From: Moniliella sp. 'wahieum'
Lineage: Eukaryota
Reading direction: 5' to 3'
Length of the DNA stretch: 64,000 nucleotides
Assembly (NCBI GenBank): GCA_003971905.1
Contig: RSEE01000027.1
Location: forward strand, 620,001-684,000
This document shows, piece by piece, positions 58,897 through 64,000 of the stretch. Within the stretch, counting starts at the first letter, position 1, and every line of letters begins with the position of its first letter. Both the position numbers and the translations under genes were made by a program. The notes beneath the pieces were generated by a model. It made no database searches. It was not told the origin of the DNA and saw only the letters and a program-made list of their open reading frames with translations.

Positions 58897-60223
58897 GGGA
58901 CAAACGTCAAACAACCAGCCAAACCGTCCGTCCAGACAGGGTGACAGGACACGATAGACCTTCGGGCGAGGGCGGCGGCGCTATAAGTATGCTCATTCGC
59001 TCCTGTTGGGACGAGCTGGGCCATCGATCACACAGTCAGACTTGAAGCTTGAAGCTTGATGCATGAAGCTCGAGGCGGCTGGGGGGCGGAGGCGCTGCAT
59101 ATGAGAAGCTGAGACCCTGATTCTGACGATTCTTCCGAATGAATAAGCGCTTGATCGTTCCCCACCCTCAGAACGCCTCTAAACGCCCCAATGGGGTGCT
59201 GGGCCATGTGGGCGGCGCTGAGCTCAGCCTTGGAGCTTGGGCCTTGGGGCGTGGGGAGCGACAAAACCGATGCGCACGGACCGGGGCGTTGCGGGAGAGC
59301 CGCTCATGACGTCATGCTGGGTATCTATACGGCCAGGGCAGCCAGGGCAGCCGGGGCACGCTGGGTATCACTACGTTGAGTACGTTGAGTATATTCCGCC
59401 TGCGCGTTGGATCATCCAAATCTTATTAGGCTCGACAGGGCCACCTCGGCCACCACATGCCACACCACACCTCGTCTGTCTGGCAACCAACACCTTCGGC
59501 AGGTGGTCTGACGATCTGATGAGCCACACTTGCCAGATCTCACCGCGTGTGGCCGAGGACGCTGAGGATGCAATGGGGGGCTCAGCCTGAGCGTTCAGGA
59601 TGAGCGCTCAGGCTGAGCACGCTGAGCTCAGCAGCCCAGCTGTTGAGCGGCTGCCGTTATGCGGCCCGGCGAATACTGGTTGGCAGAGTGCACCGCAGCC
59701 TCTTCAACTGCATGTGCAACGTTCAACGTTCCCATGTGCACAACGCTGAGCTGAGGCGCTGAGAGAGGCTCACATTCACAACAAACAGTGCCTCAGTCTA
59801 ATAACCCATCATCCGATGATCCCTCTGTCCCTCAGCACCTCAGCTGCATCTGCACCCCAGATCTCATCGCCTCATCGCCTAGAGGGCGAGGGAATCCGGC
59901 TGTACTATTGCCGTAATAGCCTGCGAAGCGTTTGCGTAGCGCCTCTTGCTGTATAATCCACCCACAGCCATTCCCGAACAACACATGCGATTCGAAGTGG
60001 GTGGGTAAATGGGGTGCCGATTTCAACTTTCAGGTGCTCAGTCCATCTTCAATGTTGAAGCGCTTCGTTGCGTTGCATGTTGAAGTTCAACGTTCAACTG
60101 GCCAACCTGCTTTGCTTGGGCGGCGGGGCTAAAAAAATTCACCTTCTTCGCGACGCATCCTCCATTTACCGTCCCCGACCCGCAGCTCCCCAGCCACCGC
60201 CGCTTTCTCTTCCTGCCGTCGCC

Positions 60224-63200
60224 ATGGCGAGCCAGATGAGCCTCAGCGCCAAAGAGCAGCTCGCGGCCGAGACGGGCCGCTTGGGATCCGTTGGCCCTGC
60301 TGCGCCCATTCCGGCCCAACTCCAAATCAGCGCAGCTGTGTCGGCTCGCGCGTCCGAAGTGCAGGCGCTCCTGCGTATGATGAAGGCCGCGCGCGCCAAC
60401 CAGACGACGCGGGCGTGGCAGCAGCTGCCGCGCGAGTTGCGTCGGAGAGCAGCGAGCCACAACGTCCTTCGCTTGCCTCGCCGGCTGCGTGCCAAGGCGT
60501 TGCGCGAGATGGAGGCGTCCAAGACCCAGCCCCGGACCCGTGCCTCACTCCGCGCACGGTTTGCCAACTATCCACACACGGCTGCCGCTCGTCGACGCGA
60601 ACGGCTTCGTGACCGTGCGGCTCGGCCGGAAGCCCAATGGCTCGAGACCCACCGCTGGCACGCCAAACGATTCCGCATGACCCGTGGAGCTGATGACAAG
60701 CGCCCCGCCCCTCACCGCCTCAAGCCCAATCGCGCTCCAGCCACCGAGCCGCTCCCCATGCCCGTCGTCGTCGCCCAGACCCCTCATCAAAAGTCCCAAC
60801 GCACCACATGGCGCGCCGCCTCGGACTCGGTCGTCCTCCACGACGCCAGTTATTCGGCATGGTTTCGGTTGGACTCAACGGCTGAGAGCAAGCAAGATGC
60901 CGCTCAAGCTCTCTCCGCCGTCTTGCATGCCGCTGGAGTCGCTTCCACCCCGGCGTGTGCAGTGCAGGAAGAGCTTCTTTTCTCTGGGTCTTATGCTTCC
61001 GAATCGGTACTTCTTTCATCTGCCCATACCGACAGAGAGCAAGAGTCGGGGGACAACCTTGCCCGCGTCGTTGCCCCCGTTTTGCTTCTTCGCTTCACTC
61101 ACTTGACCGGAGCAAGTGCGGTTCTTCGTACCCATCCTTCTGTGGTAGAAAACGTGCAGAAAGCTCTCCAATTGGCTATCCGCTTGACCAAGACGGAAGC
61201 GAAGGTGGTCTTGACGCCTATGGCTTTAGCTCCTCACCCCTCTGTGGCTGTGCCCAACGAACGATCGAACCCTCGTCGGGTACGAGATGCAGATTCCCCC
61301 CTGCCAGTGTCCAAGACCCCAACATCGGATCACGTCTCCTCGACTGGAAGCCACAAACGGCGACAACAAGTCCGTGCCGCCCTCAACCTTTGGTCAGGCA
61401 AAGGGCCCAACACGCCTCGCAAGCGCCTGCGCGGGCATGCAGGACAAGCGTTTGTTGGGCCCCTCGCGGGCCCCCAAGCTGGATGGAATACCTTTACTCT
61501 CACTGGCCCCGCCGCTGGCAGACTGCTTGGCGCAGTGTTGACCCCAACTCCCGATACCCCGGACGCGACCACGCGAGCGTTGCAGCTGATCTCTCAGAAG
61601 CTTTCTCCGAGCCAGGTGCCTCGAGGGTACGTCTTGGCGCTGTCGGTGCAAGATCCTCGTCTTGCCTTCCCTCCTAAACTTCCCGCCAACGAGCCCTTGG
61701 CGCTTCGCAATGCCGCCAAGAGGGCCAAAGATGAGTTTGGACGTCCTCAGCCCCAACCCCGGCCTCGATCTCGTAAGCGTAAACGACAACAAACTGTCCA
61801 AGATGCCACAGGCCAAGATGGGCTGCCGGTGGCAGTCGAGCAGTTCAACCTCCTCCTCTCCAGCCTTACTCCAGGCCCTTCGTCTCCGAAGCCCAACCCT
61901 GTTCTCCATCAATTTTTCTATGCTCCTCCCGATCTGCCTTATTATACCCAGGGGGATATTGACGCTCGTCGGTCCTGTGCGGCAGGAGGGCTGGTTCCCG
62001 GGGCTGTGGTGCGGCCCGGCCCAAGGGACCAGAACCTCCCGTGCTCTTGATCCGGACGGATGTAAGGAGCAGGGGCGCTGCCCCCCTGTTTTCGGCCTCG
62101 GACTTGGAGCCTGCTCTGTCTGCTCAGGCCGGCTCCAAGGCAAAGGAAGGCGATGCGTCGGCTGGGTGGACCTTGTGGTTCCACGGGGGTGGGGAATGGC
62201 GTTCTGGAAGAGCCTGGTCCACCCGCACACACGACGTCGCTGCGCAGGACACCCAGGCCCACCTAGCCCTCGAGGCACGCGCGCCTACCTTTCCCGACGA
62301 TTTTGTTACTCCTCTTCTGCCAGGAGAGGCAGGGCCTGCTCTGCCTCTGCCCCCCACCCATCCTTTTGCCCATCTCTGGCACACGCGCGCTCTCGTCGCT
62401 CGACGGGACTGGAAGCGGCATCCTTCAGGCAAACGGACGGCGTTGCCTCCCGATTCCGATGCCGCAGGACACCCCCTGACCGCCTTCGTCCCCTCGGGCC
62501 CCAACCTCTTCCCCCACCATGCGGCCACGTGGCTCGTGGCAGCCCGTATGGCGCGCGCGCGCGCCCTGGCCGAGCTGCCCCTGACCCCGCTGCCTGGACT
62601 GGAGACCAAGCTGGAGGAAAGGACACCTTGGTTGCTTCATGTCACCTCTGCGGATGCCACGGCCTGGTTGGGCCTCGCCTATGCGCTCTTTTCTCCCCAA
62701 GCAACTCCCAGCACCGATGGTACCCAACTGGCGTGCGCGTTGCAGCAAGTCTCCTCGTTCCGTCCCCGTGCCACACCCGGCCTCGCAGCTCGTCTGGCCA
62801 CGTGTTTTGTCCTGGTCCACATTGCCTGTGTGCGCAGGGGCACGCTCACCGCACCTGCATCGTTGCTGCTTGTCCCACAGCAGGAGGATCACCTGTGGCG
62901 CTCCGCCTTGCACCAGCTTGCGTTGGACGGGAAAGATGAGGTGGCCAGAGAGACGATCGAGAGGCTAGAGATGTCGCGTGTGCCGGCACCCAAAGCACGT
63001 GCGCCCCGCTGCCCATCGGACCTGACCGCGAACCCGGCGAACCCGCACAACCGCCATCCTGGCACCACAAGCAACACCAGCGACGCTCAGCGCGTCCGCG
63101 CCGACGTACGCCTCTTGGGCACCCAAGATGCCCGGGTAGGTACCGTGACCAGCGCTGGGTTTTCCCTCACCCACGGCCGCGCCCATGGGGTGGGTGCGAT

Positions 63201-63399
63201 CAGTCTGCTGGCCCTCTGCCACCTCATGTTGCGCGATCAGATTTATTTGCCTGCGCTGCCGGATGGAGAGCAACCAATGCTGGGTCGTGCCAGCGCGGTC
63301 GGGTCGGACGCAACCCCGTCACCACTGCCCGCCTCGTCGCGGTCCAGAACGCGCCGGGAGCCACGTCGGGCTGCGACGGTGGAACCCATCGTGTTGTAG
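60224..63399 (+). CDS. POP1: RNase P/MRP protein subunit Pop1
   Basis: RAWQQLPRELRRRAASHN, WLETHRWHAKRFRM, LHDASY, GWxLVVPRGWGMAFWKSL (frameshifted), FPDDF, GTVTSAGFSLTHGRAHGVG. Confidence 0.95.
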
Positions 63400-64000
63400 C
63401 ACCCGGCGCGGCATATGGCTGCTACTAACACAGTTAATGCTGTGGGCTCTCTGTTTGTAGTCTGTCGGTAAAACGATGATGGATTGCACTTCAAGCTAAG
63501 GGATGGGAGATAGCAGCTAGTGGCAGGCACTGTCGTGGGGAGTGTTGCTGGGATTAAGCTTAAAGTAGCAAAGCGTACAGGCGGGCAATTTGCTGGGTTA
63601 AACGTTAAACATGCGCCCACTGAATACTGATCCACTAGTTTGGACCGCCAAGTTACCTTCTTTTCCTTCAGCAGCCGCCACGGCACCCTACAACGCACCT
63701 AGTAACCAGCCAACCGACGGGACTGGGTTTCGGGCACCGTTGCCTGTGGGCCTTTTGATAAAATTGTATGGCCCAAGTCGATTGCGAGTACTACTATGCA
63801 GAGACCCCCACGATCGTAATTGGAGAAAAGGGATATGCTACTACCTCGTTTCATCTCCGAGAAAGTGCAAGCTGGGCATGGTCAAAAGCAAAAAAAGGAT
63901 CATGATAATAGTACAAAGTGGGATGCTCTTCTTGGGGTGAATATTAGTTGAGATGGCCCAAAAAGAACTGCAGATGTGCAAGATAAAGTGACTGAATGGG

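Overview
GC-rich, gene-dense eukaryotic DNA with short GT-AG introns (CTAAC/CTGAC branch points) and fungal housekeeping genes. It is most likely a basidiomycete (inference). Recognisable genes in order: atypical MAP kinase, FIS1, HEL2/ZNF598, DAD1, an unknown protein, SED5, CMC2-like, a giant (~11 kb) repeat-rich protein, CYP51/ERG11, a C2H2/basic-region protein, a secreted heparinase II/III-type lyase, a Rap1-like Myb protein, WSS1, an O-methyltransferase, ADK1, GCV3, NMNAT, a Gre2-like reductase and POP1. Most genes, including essential ones, carry several 1-bp frameshifts, best read as uncorrected assembly indels, so gene boundaries are approximate. The most unusual signal is non-coding: intergenic regions repeatedly carry 7-bp-period microarrays of different sequence that share one rule, a palindromic A....T hexamer plus one spacer base, giving T-N-A junctions. 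Also notable are a hairpin-headed dispersed repeat flanking CYP51 and a MAPK with an S-E-Y activation loop.
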